NCBI RefSeq assembly: GCF_017815535.1 | Contig: NZ_CP072596.1 | Span: 2,115,614-2,139,613 of the forward strand | Direction: 5' to 3' | DNA from: Tessaracoccus sp. MC1865 | GTDB taxonomy: Bacteria; Actinomycetota; Actinomycetes; Propionibacteriales; Propionibacteriaceae | DNA: 24,000 nt | Notes under the pieces: generated by a model | What the model was told of the DNA's origin: nothing | The model's database searches: none | What the model saw: the letters and a program-made list of their open reading frames with translations, nothing else | In this document: piece after piece, positions 9,141-17,096 of the stretch | Position numbering within the stretch: position 1 is the stretch's first letter | Layout of the letters: each line of letters begins with the position of its first letter | Made by a program: the position numbers and the translations under genes

Positions 9141-9733
9141 GCCACTACTTCGACACCCCTGACCAGCCGCTGGTCACGCACGAGTTCACCGCCACCGTCT
9201 TCGGCAACGACCTGACGTTCACGACAGCCGGTGGCGTGTTCTCCGGGGGCCGCCTCGACCTCGGCACCTCCGTCCTACTGCGCGAGGTGAGCCCACCCGA
9301 GCGGGGCCATCTGCTGGACCTCGGGTGCGGAGTCGGCACCATCGCCGTCGGGCTGGCCGTGGCGGCGCCCGGCGTCACCGTCGACGCGGTCGACGTGAAC
9401 GGCCGCGCCGTCGAGCTGACCCGGATGAACGCGCAGCGGCACGGTGTCGCCGAGCGGGTGCACGCCGTCGCCCCCGACGAGGTGCCCGCGGACGTGCGCT
9501 ACGACGAGATCTGGTCGAATCCTCCGATCAGGATCGGCAAGCAGGCGTTACACGAGTTGCTCCTGACGTGGTTGCCGCGGCTCCAGCCTGACGGTGTCGC
9601 CTGGTTGGTCGTCGGGAAGAACCTCGGCGGTGATTCGCTGCAGCGCTGGCTGACGGACCAGGGGCATCCGACGGAGCGCGTGGCGTCGGCCAAGGGCTTC
9701 CGTGTGCTCAGGGTCGCCGCCTCAGGGGCCTGA
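9137..9733 (+). CDS. Class I SAM-dependent methyltransferase, RsmC/RlmG-like MTS domain (probable rRNA m2G methyltransferase)
   Basis: LLDLGCGVGTIAV is motif I and IWSNPPIRIG is the NPP motif of N-methyltransferases. 198 aa. The ATG overlaps the truA stop (ATGA). Confidence 0.8.
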   Translation: MSHYFDTPDQPLVTHEFTATVFGNDLTFTTAGGVFSGGRLDLGTSVLLREVSPPERGHLLDLGCGVGTIAVGLAVAAPGVTVDAVDVNGRAVELTRMNAQRHGVAERVHAVAPDEVPADVRYDEIWSNPPIRIGKQALHELLLTWLPRLQPDGVAWLVVGKNLGGDSLQRWLTDQGHPTERVASAKGFRVLRVAASGA

Positions 9734-9841
9734 TTTCCCCGCCAGCGGAACCCGCTGAGAAGTTGAAGCGGTGACCAAATGGGCGGCATAGGATGGGGAC
9801 CGTCAGCGCGCAACGGCGCGAGTCAACGATCAGGAGACACC

Positions 9842-10453
9842 ATGACCTACACCCTTCCCGACCTCGACTACGACTACGGGGCACTCGCCCCGCACATCGC
9901 CCCGGAGATCATGGAGCTGCACCACAGCAAGCACCACGCCGCCTACGTGGCCGGTGCCAACACCGCCCTCGAGCAGCTCGCGGCCGCGCGCGACAAGGGT
10001 GACTTCGGCGCCGTGAACAAGCTCGAGAAGGACCTCGCCTTCCACTTGGGCGGCCACATCAACCACTCCGTCTTCTGGAAGAACATGTCGCCCAACGGCG
10101 GCGGCGAGCCCACCGGCGACGTGGCTGAGGCGATCGGCGAGTTCTTCGGTTCGTTCGACGGCTTCAAGAAGCAGTTCAACGCCGCCGCCAACGGCCTGCA
10201 GGGCTCCGGCTGGGCCATGCTCGTGTGGGACACCCTCGGCCAGCGCCTCAACATCAACCAGCTGTTCGACCAGCAGTCGAACGTGCCGGTCGGCCAGCTG
10301 CCCGTGCTGCAGCTGGACATGTGGGAGCACGCCTTCTACCTCCAGTACAAGAACGTCAAGGGCGACTACGTCAACGCCTGGTGGAACGTCATCAACTGGG
10401 ACGACGTGGCGCAGCGCCTCTCCGCCGCCAAGAACGTCCAGCTCACCTACTGA
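9842..10453 (+). CDS. sodA: Fe/Mn superoxide dismutase
   Basis: [32 protein letters not shown]...[13 protein letters not shown]...[21 protein letters not shown] carries all four metal ligands in context. It resembles, from memory, the Propionibacterium cambialistic SOD. The start is ATG 9842, preceded by AGGAG. The track start at 9779 has no support. Confidence 0.95.
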   Translation: MTYTLPDLDYDYGALAPHIAPEIMELHHSKHHAAYVAGANTALEQLAAARDKGDFGAVNKLEKDLAFHLGGHINHSVFWKNMSPNGGGEPTGDVAEAIGEFFGSFDGFKKQFNAAANGLQGSGWAMLVWDTLGQRLNINQLFDQQSNVPVGQLPVLQLDMWEHAFYLQYKNVKGDYVNAWWNVINWDDVAQRLSAAKNVQLTY

Positions 10454-10468
10454 GCCACCGCGTAACAC

Positions 10469-10498
10469 GAAGACCCCGGGCCCAGGCCCGGGGTCTTC
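10469..10498. terminator. Hairpin terminator shared by convergent sodA and the acyltransferase gene
   Basis: GAAGACCCCGGGC (10469..10481) and GCCCGGGGTCTTC (10486..10498) form a perfect 13-bp stem with a 4-nt loop. On the plus strand the stem is followed by TCTCGTTTC. It lies 15 nt after the sodA stop and 22 nt after the acyltransferase stop. Confidence 0.65.
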
Positions 10499-10519
10499 TC
10501 GTTTCGGCTGAGCCGCAGA

Positions 10520-12487
10520 TCAGCTGCTGGCGGCCGTCAACACATTCTCGAGCACCTTCTCTGCGGTCTCGTAGCCGAAGGGGTCCACCAGGATGTGGCT
10601 GCCGTCGGGCCGCAACAGCTGCCCACCGGGCCGGGAGTCGTCGCACAGCGCCGGGCCGTCGGCACTCTCAGGCTCGGGGTCCTTGCACAGCAACGGATCC
10701 ATCCGGAAGGTCTCCACCCTGTCGTCGCGCTGGGCCAGGTCGACGACGATGTCGTTCCACCGGCGGCGGTACTCGTCGTGGTTGACCATGAGATCCAGCA
10801 GCGGGTGGCACTCGTCCTCGGTGCAGCGGCTGAGCATGCCGGTGCCGGGGCGCTCGGTCTGCGCGATCACCAGAGTGGCGCCCTGAGAGGTGAGCCGATC
10901 GACGCTGGCCGCCAGGTCCTCTTCGAGCGCCTCCCAGAAGATTTCTTCGTCCGGTCCGACGATCCGTCCGTCGAGCCAGCGCTGGTGCACCTCGTAGCGC
11001 GACCACCAGAACACCGTCGCCGGACGCTCGGAGTCGATCTTCTCTGTCTGGATGTCGGCGACCATGGTGCAGTCGCCTGCACCCTCGTGGTCGGGCTTGA
11101 GGTACTCCTGCAACTCGATCGAGAGGGGCGGGCAGCCACCACGGGAGGCGTTGTCGACGACGAAGTCGTTGTCGCTGGCCACCTGGTCGAGCGATTCCAT
11201 GAGGCGGAACGGCACGGAGTCGCCCACCACGATGAGGAGGTCCGGGTTGGTCTGCGGCACCGGCGAGCCGCCGGGGCTGACGGGTGTCGCGGGCGGGCGC
11301 GTACTGGGCACGGGCAGCCCGCGCAGCGCGGTAGCCCAGGTCATGATGATCACCATGATCACTGCGACGGTGAGCATCGTGCGCTTGAAGGTGAGCCACG
11401 TGGTGAAGCGGCCGCGACGGATGGGCTCCTCCACGAAGTGGTAGCTCAGCACCGCACAGATCAGCGTCGCCGCCAGCGCCACCGGAGCCCGCAGCATCCG
11501 GAACTCCTCCTTGTGGGCCACGTCCAGCCACACGCTCCACGGCCAGTGCCACAGGTACAGCCCGTAGGAGATCTGCCCGAGGTAGGTCATCGGCCGCCAG
11601 GACAGGAAACCCGACAGCATCGTCGGCGGAGAGACCACCAGCGCGCCGATCAGGAGCGTGACGCCCACGCTGAGGATCACCGCCCCGCCCTGGAAGTAGA
11701 AGGCGCTGGGTCCGGCCAGGAACGGCAGCACGGCCACGGCCGTCACCACGCCGACCGCCGCGATGAGACGGTGGTGGCGGTAGAAGACGGTGCGCACCGC
11801 GTGGTTGCTCATCACGATGGCCAACAGGGCACCGAGCAGCGGCTCGAACGCCTTGGTGTCGGTGCCCATGTAGGCGCGGTCAGGGGACGCCGGGTCGTAC
11901 AGCACCATCAGCAGTGCTGCCGAGACGACGATGAGCACTGCCGCCACCACTCCGATGATGGTGGTGACCCGCTTGCTGCCACCCAACTTCGCGGCGACGA
12001 ACGCGACGATGCCGATCAGCACCGGCCAGAAGAAGTAGAACTGCTCCTCGACGGCCAGGGACCACATGTGCAGCAGCAACGACGGCGTGCCGTCGGAGGC
12101 GAAGTAGCTGTTGGCGCCCATGAACCGCCAGTTTCCGAGGTACAGCACCGTCCAGAAGATGTCCCAACTGGCGTTGGCCTTGCGGAACAACGGCATCAGG
12201 AACGTGGCGTAGAGGAGTACCAGCAGCAGGATCAGCGTGGCGGCGGGCAGCAGGCGGCGGAATCGGCGCTGCCAGAACTTCCCGTACTGCGGCCTCCCGT
12301 GGCGCACGGTGTCGCGCAGCAGGCCGGAGGTGATCAGGTACCCGGACAGCACGAAGAACACGTCGACGCCGGCGAACCCCAGTTCCAGGTTGGGAACGCT
12401 GAGGTGGAACGCGATGACCAGGCCCACAGCGATGGTGCGGAGGCCATCAAGGCTGGGCACATAGGTGATGTTGTCTGCCGGCTGCAC
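10520..12487 (-). CDS. Acyltransferase-3 (OafA/OatA-type) membrane O-acyltransferase fused to a C-terminal SGNH domain
   Basis: The N-terminus YVPSLDGLRTIAVGLVIAFHL...GVDVFFVLSGYLIT is the AT3 signature, followed by about 10 transmembrane segments. The C-terminal soluble domain has LLIVVGDSVPFRL (SGNH block I, GDS). 655 aa, GTG start. Confidence 0.85.
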   Translation of the reverse strand: MQPADNITYVPSLDGLRTIAVGLVIAFHLSVPNLELGFAGVDVFFVLSGYLITSGLLRDTVRHGRPQYGKFWQRRFRRLLPAATLILLLVLLYATFLMPLFRKANASWDIFWTVLYLGNWRFMGANSYFASDGTPSLLLHMWSLAVEEQFYFFWPVLIGIVAFVAAKLGGSKRVTTIIGVVAAVLIVVSAALLMVLYDPASPDRAYMGTDTKAFEPLLGALLAIVMSNHAVRTVFYRHHRLIAAVGVVTAVAVLPFLAGPSAFYFQGGAVILSVGVTLLIGALVVSPPTMLSGFLSWRPMTYLGQISYGLYLWHWPWSVWLDVAHKEEFRMLRAPVALAATLICAVLSYHFVEEPIRRGRFTTWLTFKRTMLTVAVIMVIIMTWATALRGLPVPSTRPPATPVSPGGSPVPQTNPDLLIVVGDSVPFRLMESLDQVASDNDFVVDNASRGGCPPLSIELQEYLKPDHEGAGDCTMVADIQTEKIDSERPATVFWWSRYEVHQRWLDGRIVGPDEEIFWEALEEDLAASVDRLTSQGATLVIAQTERPGTGMLSRCTEDECHPLLDLMVNHDEYRRRWNDIVVDLAQRDDRVETFRMDPLLCKDPEPESADGPALCDDSRPGGQLLRPDGSHILVDPFGYETAEKVLENVLTAASS

Positions 12488-12504
12488 CCCGGGAGTCTAA
12501 CGCG

Positions 12505-13146
12505 TCAGCCCGCGGAAGCCCTTCCCCGGCGCCCCTTGCGGCCGTACACCCAGGGCGCCACCTCACGACCCGTCAGCCAGGCGTGCCAGACCGCGATCGC
12601 GACGAAGGAGCCCATCCAGGCGCCCAGCGCCCACCGGGTCACGCGGCGCAGCGGGAGTTCCCTGGTCAGCGGGACGAAGTTCACGGCCCCCACGCGGTTC
12701 GTCTCGTCCGAGGCGCAGGCGTCGAGCTCGTAACCGCCGACGGTCACCTTGGCCCAGGTGTGCCCGCGCAGCCACCAGGGGTTCTGGAAGCCGCGGACCA
12801 TGGCCGCGTGCACCAGGCGGGTCTTGAAGCCCAGTTCGCGCAGCACGAGGAGGAGCACCGTGTTGTACTGGTGCGACCATCCCCGGTGCGAACTGAGCGC
12901 GCGCTCCGGCGGCTCCCACAGGTGCCACAGCGAATAGTAGGGAAAGGCCCGCGCGACAGCCTTCACCGCCTCGTCGGCCAGCGCCCGCCCGGTGGCTCCC
13001 GTCTCGCGGCACTGCTGGGCCAGGGCGGCGACGGTGTGGGGCCCGGACACCAAAGGTCTGCGCGGCGCCAGGGCCGCCACGGGGACCAGCGCGCCGATCA
13101 GCGCCACCAGCGGCGACCAACCGATCTTGAGCCGCTTCTTTCTCAC
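12505..13146 (-). CDS. Bitopic membrane protein with a transglutaminase-core / lasso-B2-like domain (Ser at the expected Cys position)
   Basis: 213 aa. The N-terminus (MRKKRLK, then a TM helix) and the C-terminus (a TM helix, then GRKGRRGRASAG) flank a domain of about 150 aa. RGWSHQYNTVLLLVLRELGFKTRLV ... GHTWAKVTVGGYELDA follows the G-x-C...LR.LG...R.V...H.W..V...D pattern of transglutaminase-like cysteine peptidases. The GTG start overlaps the GT4 stop (GTGA). The family call is by eye only. Confidence 0.5.
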   Translation of the reverse strand: MRKKRLKIGWSPLVALIGALVPVAALAPRRPLVSGPHTVAALAQQCRETGATGRALADEAVKAVARAFPYYSLWHLWEPPERALSSHRGWSHQYNTVLLLVLRELGFKTRLVHAAMVRGFQNPWWLRGHTWAKVTVGGYELDACASDETNRVGAVNFVPLTRELPLRRVTRWALGAWMGSFVAIAVWHAWLTGREVAPWVYGRKGRRGRASAG

Positions 13147-14288
13147 AGCCGTCTTCCCTTCGGATTGTGCGCGAAGCCCCGCAGCTTCCGGTACGGCACC
13201 TCGTCTGCCAGTTGTCTGTGCAGCGCCAACATCGCGTCAGTGGTGCGCTGCCAGGGATACCGCTCGGCGCGCGCCCGTGCCGCACGCCGCAGCTCTGGGC
13301 CGAGGCGCGGGATCAGGCGTTCCACGGCGTCGGCCAGGGACAGTGGGTTGGCGTCGCCGCGCTCGCCGGACGTGGCGTCGACCAGTTCGCTGGCTCCCCC
13401 GCTGGTGGAACTGACGACGGGGGTGCCGCACGCCAGCGCCTCGAGCACGGCGAGTCCGAAGGTCTCCGCGGGACACACGGACAGCGACACGTCGTGCTGC
13501 GCGATGCGCCTGGCCACCTCGTCGCGGCCGGGCACGAAGCCGTGGAAGAACACCGGCGCGTTGCCGGCGACCGCCTCCAGTTCGGCCTGGTCGGGGCCGG
13601 TCCCGTACAGGTCCAGCCGCACCGGATGGCCCCTCCGGTGCAGTTCGACGACGGTGGCCACGGCCAGCTGGGGGCTCTTCTCGTGGGAGAGCCTGCCCAC
13701 GTAACAGAACTTGAGCACGCCGTCGTCGGCCGGTTCGCCCTTGTCGGGGTGGAACGTCTCCAGGTCCACGCCAAGCGGCACGAGCGCCAGGTTGGCGCCG
13801 GTGTCGGCGAACTCCTCCTCGGCGAAGCGGCTGGTGACCACGACGGAGTCGAAGTTGCGGGACAGCCGGCGGTTCAGCCCACCGACGATGGTCTCGACGC
13901 CGAAGCTGGAGCGCACGAACATCGCGAGCATGTCGGACAGCCGCTCATGGCTGAAGAGCACGGAGCCGACGCTGCGCTTGGCGGCCCAGTTCGCCGCCGG
14001 CGAGAGGGTCCACTTGTCCGACACCTCGATGGAGGTGGGCCGGAACCTGTCCAGCACGTCGAGCACCCGCCAGGGTTGGAAGATCATGCGGTACTGCTCG
14101 GTGACCTTGGGGGCGCGGACCTGCACGAGGATGCCGGCCTCGGTCTCGAGGATCTGGTCCTTCTCCCCCGGCGCGACGAAGATACGCGTGTGCCCGGCGT
14201 CGACGTAGCCCTGGCCCAGGGTTTCGATGACCACCTTCATACCCCCAGACGTGGGGCCGACGAAGTTGGCCAGCTGGGCGATGCGCAT
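13143..14288 (-). CDS. GT4-family (GT-B fold) glycosyltransferase
   Basis: The N-terminus MRIAQLANFVGPTSGGMKVV is typical. The C-terminal half carries ETFGLAVLEALACGTPVV, the E-x7-E motif. 381 aa. Confidence 0.85.
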   Translation of the reverse strand: MRIAQLANFVGPTSGGMKVVIETLGQGYVDAGHTRIFVAPGEKDQILETEAGILVQVRAPKVTEQYRMIFQPWRVLDVLDRFRPTSIEVSDKWTLSPAANWAAKRSVGSVLFSHERLSDMLAMFVRSSFGVETIVGGLNRRLSRNFDSVVVTSRFAEEEFADTGANLALVPLGVDLETFHPDKGEPADDGVLKFCYVGRLSHEKSPQLAVATVVELHRRGHPVRLDLYGTGPDQAELEAVAGNAPVFFHGFVPGRDEVARRIAQHDVSLSVCPAETFGLAVLEALACGTPVVSSTSGGASELVDATSGERGDANPLSLADAVERLIPRLGPELRRAARARAERYPWQRTTDAMLALHRQLADEVPYRKLRGFAHNPKGRRL

Positions 14289-14300
14289 TGCCCTACCGTA
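14288..14300 (-). promoter_or_regulatory. Candidate -10 element for a leaderless GT4 operon mRNA
   Basis: On the minus strand, TACGGT (14300..14295) ends 7 nt upstream of the A of ATG 14288. Only a weak purine run precedes the start. Confidence 0.3.
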
Positions 14301-14351
14301 CCCATTCTGTGGGGCGAGAGCTCCCAGTGGACGAGGGACTGAGCCTGAGCG

Positions 14352-15143
14352 TCAGTCGAGCAGCGTGCGGTCCGACAGGCTGGCGCCCTTGATCTTGGCG
14401 AACTCCTGCGTGAGCTGCTCGGCCGTGATCGACTTCTTTGCCTCGTCATCGACCTCGAGGACGATGCGGCCCTCGTGCATCATGATCAACCTGTTGCCCA
14501 GCTCGATGGCCTGGTGCATGTTGTGGGTGACCATCAGGGTGGTCAGCCGATGGCGCTCCACGGCCTCGCCTGTCAGGCGGGTGATCAGGGCGGCGCGCGC
14601 CGGATCCAGCGCGGCCGTGTGTTCGTCGAGGAGAAGGATGGCCGGTTGCGCATAGGTGGCCATCAGCAGGCTGAGTGCCTGGCGCTGGCCGCCCGACAGC
14701 ATGCCCACGCGCATGTCGAGGCGGTTCTCCAACCCGAGTTCCAGCGTGGTGAGGGCCTCCTTGAAGACCGCGCGCTTGGGGCTGGTGACGGCCATCCGCA
14801 GACCGCGCTTGCGGCCACGCTCGAACGCGATGGCCAGGTTCTCCTCGATGGTGAGGTGGGGCGAGGTGCCGGCCATGGGGTCCTGGAAGACGCGCGCGAC
14901 CCACTTGGCCCTCTGGTGTTCCGGGGTGCGGCTGACGTTCTTGCCGTCGATCGTCACCGTGCCGCCGTCCACGGGGTACCGCCCGGAGACCACGTTGAGC
15001 ATGGTGGACTTACCGGCGCCGTTGGAGCCGATGACGGTGACGAAGTCTCCCTCGTGGAGGGTGAGGTTGATGGCGTCCAGCGCGACCCGCTCGTTGACGG
15101 TGCCGGGGAAGAAGCGCTTCGTGACTGAGGCGAGTTCGAGCAT
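14352..15143 (-). CDS. ABC transporter ATP-binding protein (PF04392-associated uptake system)
   Basis: Walker A GSNGAGKST, signature LSGGQRQ and Walker B LLLDEHTAALD are all present. The start is ATG 15143, overlapping the permease stop (TGATG). The track's 522-aa ORF extension lies out of frame inside the permease gene and I rejected it. Confidence 0.9.
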   Translation of the reverse strand: MLELASVTKRFFPGTVNERVALDAINLTLHEGDFVTVIGSNGAGKSTMLNVVSGRYPVDGGTVTIDGKNVSRTPEHQRAKWVARVFQDPMAGTSPHLTIEENLAIAFERGRKRGLRMAVTSPKRAVFKEALTTLELGLENRLDMRVGMLSGGQRQALSLLMATYAQPAILLLDEHTAALDPARAALITRLTGEAVERHRLTTLMVTHNMHQAIELGNRLIMMHEGRIVLEVDDEAKKSITAEQLTQEFAKIKGASLSDRTLLD

Positions 15144-16045
15144 CAGGCGACTCCTGCCTCTGCGGCCTGACGACGACGGCGTTGGCGGCGCAGTTTCTTG
15201 AGGGGACCCCACTGCGGCAGCACCAGGGCGAGCACGACGAGCACCGCCGAGATGAGCTTCATGTCGTTGGGGTTGAAGCCGTTGTTGAGGGCGATCTGGA
15301 TGACGCCACGGTAGATGACCGAGCCGAGGGCTGCGGCCAGCACGGCCTGCCACACTGCGGTCATCCCGAAGATGGCCTGGCCGACGATGACCGAGGCCAG
15401 GCCTGCGACGATGAGGCCGATACCCATGGAGATGTCCGAGAAGCCCTGGTACTGCGCCACGAGCGCGCCACAGAGGGCCACCATGCCGTTGGAGATCATC
15501 AGGCCGACGATCTTGGTGACGCCGGTGTTGATGCCCTGCGAACGGGCCATCATCTCGTTGTCGCCGGTGGCGCGGATGGACACACCGAAGCTGGTGCCGA
15601 GGAACCAGTAGACCACCAGCCCGACGAGGAGCACGACGACGCTGAACGCCGCCACCGACATCCAGGTGCCGAGCAGCCGTTCGCCCCGGAACCAGCTGAA
15701 CAGCGTGTCGGTGCGCAGCAGCGGCACGTTGGCCCGGTTGCCCATGATGCGCAGGTTGATGGAGTAGAGCGCGATCTGGGTCAGGATTCCTGCCAGCAGG
15801 GGGTTGATGTTGCCCCAGACGTGGAGCAGCCCGGTGATGGCGCCGGCGAGCATGCCGGCGACCATCCCGGCGATCATCGCGGCCCAGACCGGCACCCCGT
15901 TCACGAGCAGGATGGCGCACGTGGCGGCACCTGTCGTGAACGAACCGTCCACCGTCAGGTCAGGGAAATCCAGGACCCGGTAGGTGAGGTAGACGCCCAA
16001 CGCCATGATGGCGTAGAGCAGGCCGATCTCGAGCGCGATGATCAT
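15143..16045 (-). CDS. ABC transporter permease
   Basis: 300 aa and highly hydrophobic, with about 8-9 transmembrane segments. MIIALEIGLLYAIMALGVYLTYRVLDFPDLTVDGSF is typical of the permease partnered with PF04392 binding proteins. A basic tail RRQRRRRQ follows. Confidence 0.85.
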   Translation of the reverse strand: MIIALEIGLLYAIMALGVYLTYRVLDFPDLTVDGSFTTGAATCAILLVNGVPVWAAMIAGMVAGMLAGAITGLLHVWGNINPLLAGILTQIALYSINLRIMGNRANVPLLRTDTLFSWFRGERLLGTWMSVAAFSVVVLLVGLVVYWFLGTSFGVSIRATGDNEMMARSQGINTGVTKIVGLMISNGMVALCGALVAQYQGFSDISMGIGLIVAGLASVIVGQAIFGMTAVWQAVLAAALGSVIYRGVIQIALNNGFNPNDMKLISAVLVVLALVLPQWGPLKKLRRQRRRRQAAEAGVA

Positions 16046-16053
16046 CTAGGTAC

Positions 16054-17019
16054 TCAGAACTTCTTGGTTGCGCGGTCGACGACCGCCTGGGGCAGTTCGA
16101 TGCCCTGGGCTGCGGCCGCCTCTTCGTTGACGAACAGGTCGAACTGCTTCTGCGTCTCGACCGGGATGTCGGAGGCGGGAGTGCCCTCGAGCATCTTGAT
16201 CAGCACGGCGGCGGCGTCCTTGCCCTGCTGGATGTAGTTCACCGAGAGCCCGGCGGTGGCGCCACGCTCCATCGTCGACTCGTCCGAGGCGAAGACGGGG
16301 ACGGACTTCTGTTCGGCCACCTGCACGAGGGACTCGGCGGCGGAGACGACGGTGTTGTCGGTGGGGATCAGGTAGGCGTCGACGTCGAGGGATTCGGCGG
16401 CCTGCTGCACCTCGGCGGAGTTGGTGACGGTGGCCGTCTTGATCTCCATGCCACGGGATTCGGCGGCCTTCTCGGCCTCAGCCACCTGGACCTCCGAGTT
16501 GACCTCACCGGAGGAGTACACGATACCGACGGTGACGGCCTCGGGCAGGATCTCCTTGATGAGGTCGAGCTGCGCGTCCATGGGGTTGAGGTCCGAGACG
16601 CCGGTGATGTTGGCGTCCGGGGCGTCCCAGTCCTGCATGAGGCCGGCGGCGACCGGATCAGTGACGGCGGCGAAGGCGATCGGCTTGTCCGTGATCACGT
16701 TGGCCAGTGCCTGGGCGGTGGGGGTCGCGATGGCGAGGTAGCCGTTGAAGTCCGAGCTGGCGAACGTGTTGGCGATGCTCGTGAGCGTCGACTGGTCGCC
16801 CTGGGCGTTCTGCAGGTCGATGGTGAGGTTCTCGCCCTCCGTGTAACCGGCCTCCGCCATGGCTTCCTTGAAGCCGTCTGCGACGGCGTCGAGCGCCGGG
16901 TGGGAGACGATGGTGGCGATGCCGATCTTGTAGGACTCCGTGGAGCCCTCCTCTGCGGCGCCACAGCCGGTCAGTGCGAGCGCGGCGATGGTGCCGAGCG
17001 CGACAACCTTGAGTTTCAT
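16054..17019 (-). CDS. ABC transporter substrate-binding lipoprotein (ABC_sub_bind / PF04392 type), copy 1
   Basis: Signal peptide with lipobox LALTGC. IGIATIVSHPALDAV...GYTEGENLT...IATPTAQA...FAAVTDPVAAGL is typical of the family. The SD AAGGAGA lies upstream. Confidence 0.85.
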   Translation of the reverse strand: MKLKVVALGTIAALALTGCGAAEEGSTESYKIGIATIVSHPALDAVADGFKEAMAEAGYTEGENLTIDLQNAQGDQSTLTSIANTFASSDFNGYLAIATPTAQALANVITDKPIAFAAVTDPVAAGLMQDWDAPDANITGVSDLNPMDAQLDLIKEILPEAVTVGIVYSSGEVNSEVQVAEAEKAAESRGMEIKTATVTNSAEVQQAAESLDVDAYLIPTDNTVVSAAESLVQVAEQKSVPVFASDESTMERGATAGLSVNYIQQGKDAAAVLIKMLEGTPASDIPVETQKQFDLFVNEEAAAAQGIELPQAVVDRATKKF

Positions 17020-17096
17020 GTTTCTCCTTGCGCGAAAGGGTGAGTGCCTGTAAAGCGTAGGCTTCCGCGGCGCCGCTGGGCGCCGGCGTCCACCCC

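Noticed and set aside
9505-9522. TGGTCGAATCCTCCGATC, resembling a tRNA T-arm (GGTTCGAATCC)
   Set aside because: It lies inside the methyltransferase CDS, encoding WSNPPI. No acceptor-stem complement or anticodon arm can be built around it.
9763-9794. TTGAAG ... TAGGAT as the sodA promoter
   Set aside because: The spacer between the hexamers is 20 nt, outside the usual 16-19 nt range. TAGGAT alone may still be a -10 element, but I cannot support the pair.
10595-12733. 712-aa plus-strand ORF spanning two minus-strand genes
   Set aside because: It runs antisense across both the acyltransferase and the transglutaminase-like gene, including their intergenic gap. The translation is a low-complexity R/G/H/D/Q-rich sequence with no recognisable motifs. 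The minus-strand genes have strong family signatures.
12505-13146. Possibility that the lasso-B2-like protein marks a lasso-peptide (RiPP) cluster
   Set aside because: There is no asparagine-synthetase-like cyclase (C protein), no B1/PqqD-like RRE, no plausible precursor ORF and no ABC exporter of the McjD type nearby. In addition, the protein is membrane-anchored with the domain facing outward.
15144-15920. N-terminal extension making the ABC ATPase a 522-aa ORF
   Set aside because: It overlaps the permease gene out of frame. The ATPase homology begins at MLELASVTKRF (15143), whose ATG overlaps the permease stop.
13167-16237. Long plus-strand ORFs 13167..14342 (391 aa) and 15182..16237 (351 aa), plus 14475..15128
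   Set aside because: These are antisense shadows of the GT4, permease and ATPase genes. They show no motifs and the amino-acid composition typical of GC-rich off-frames.
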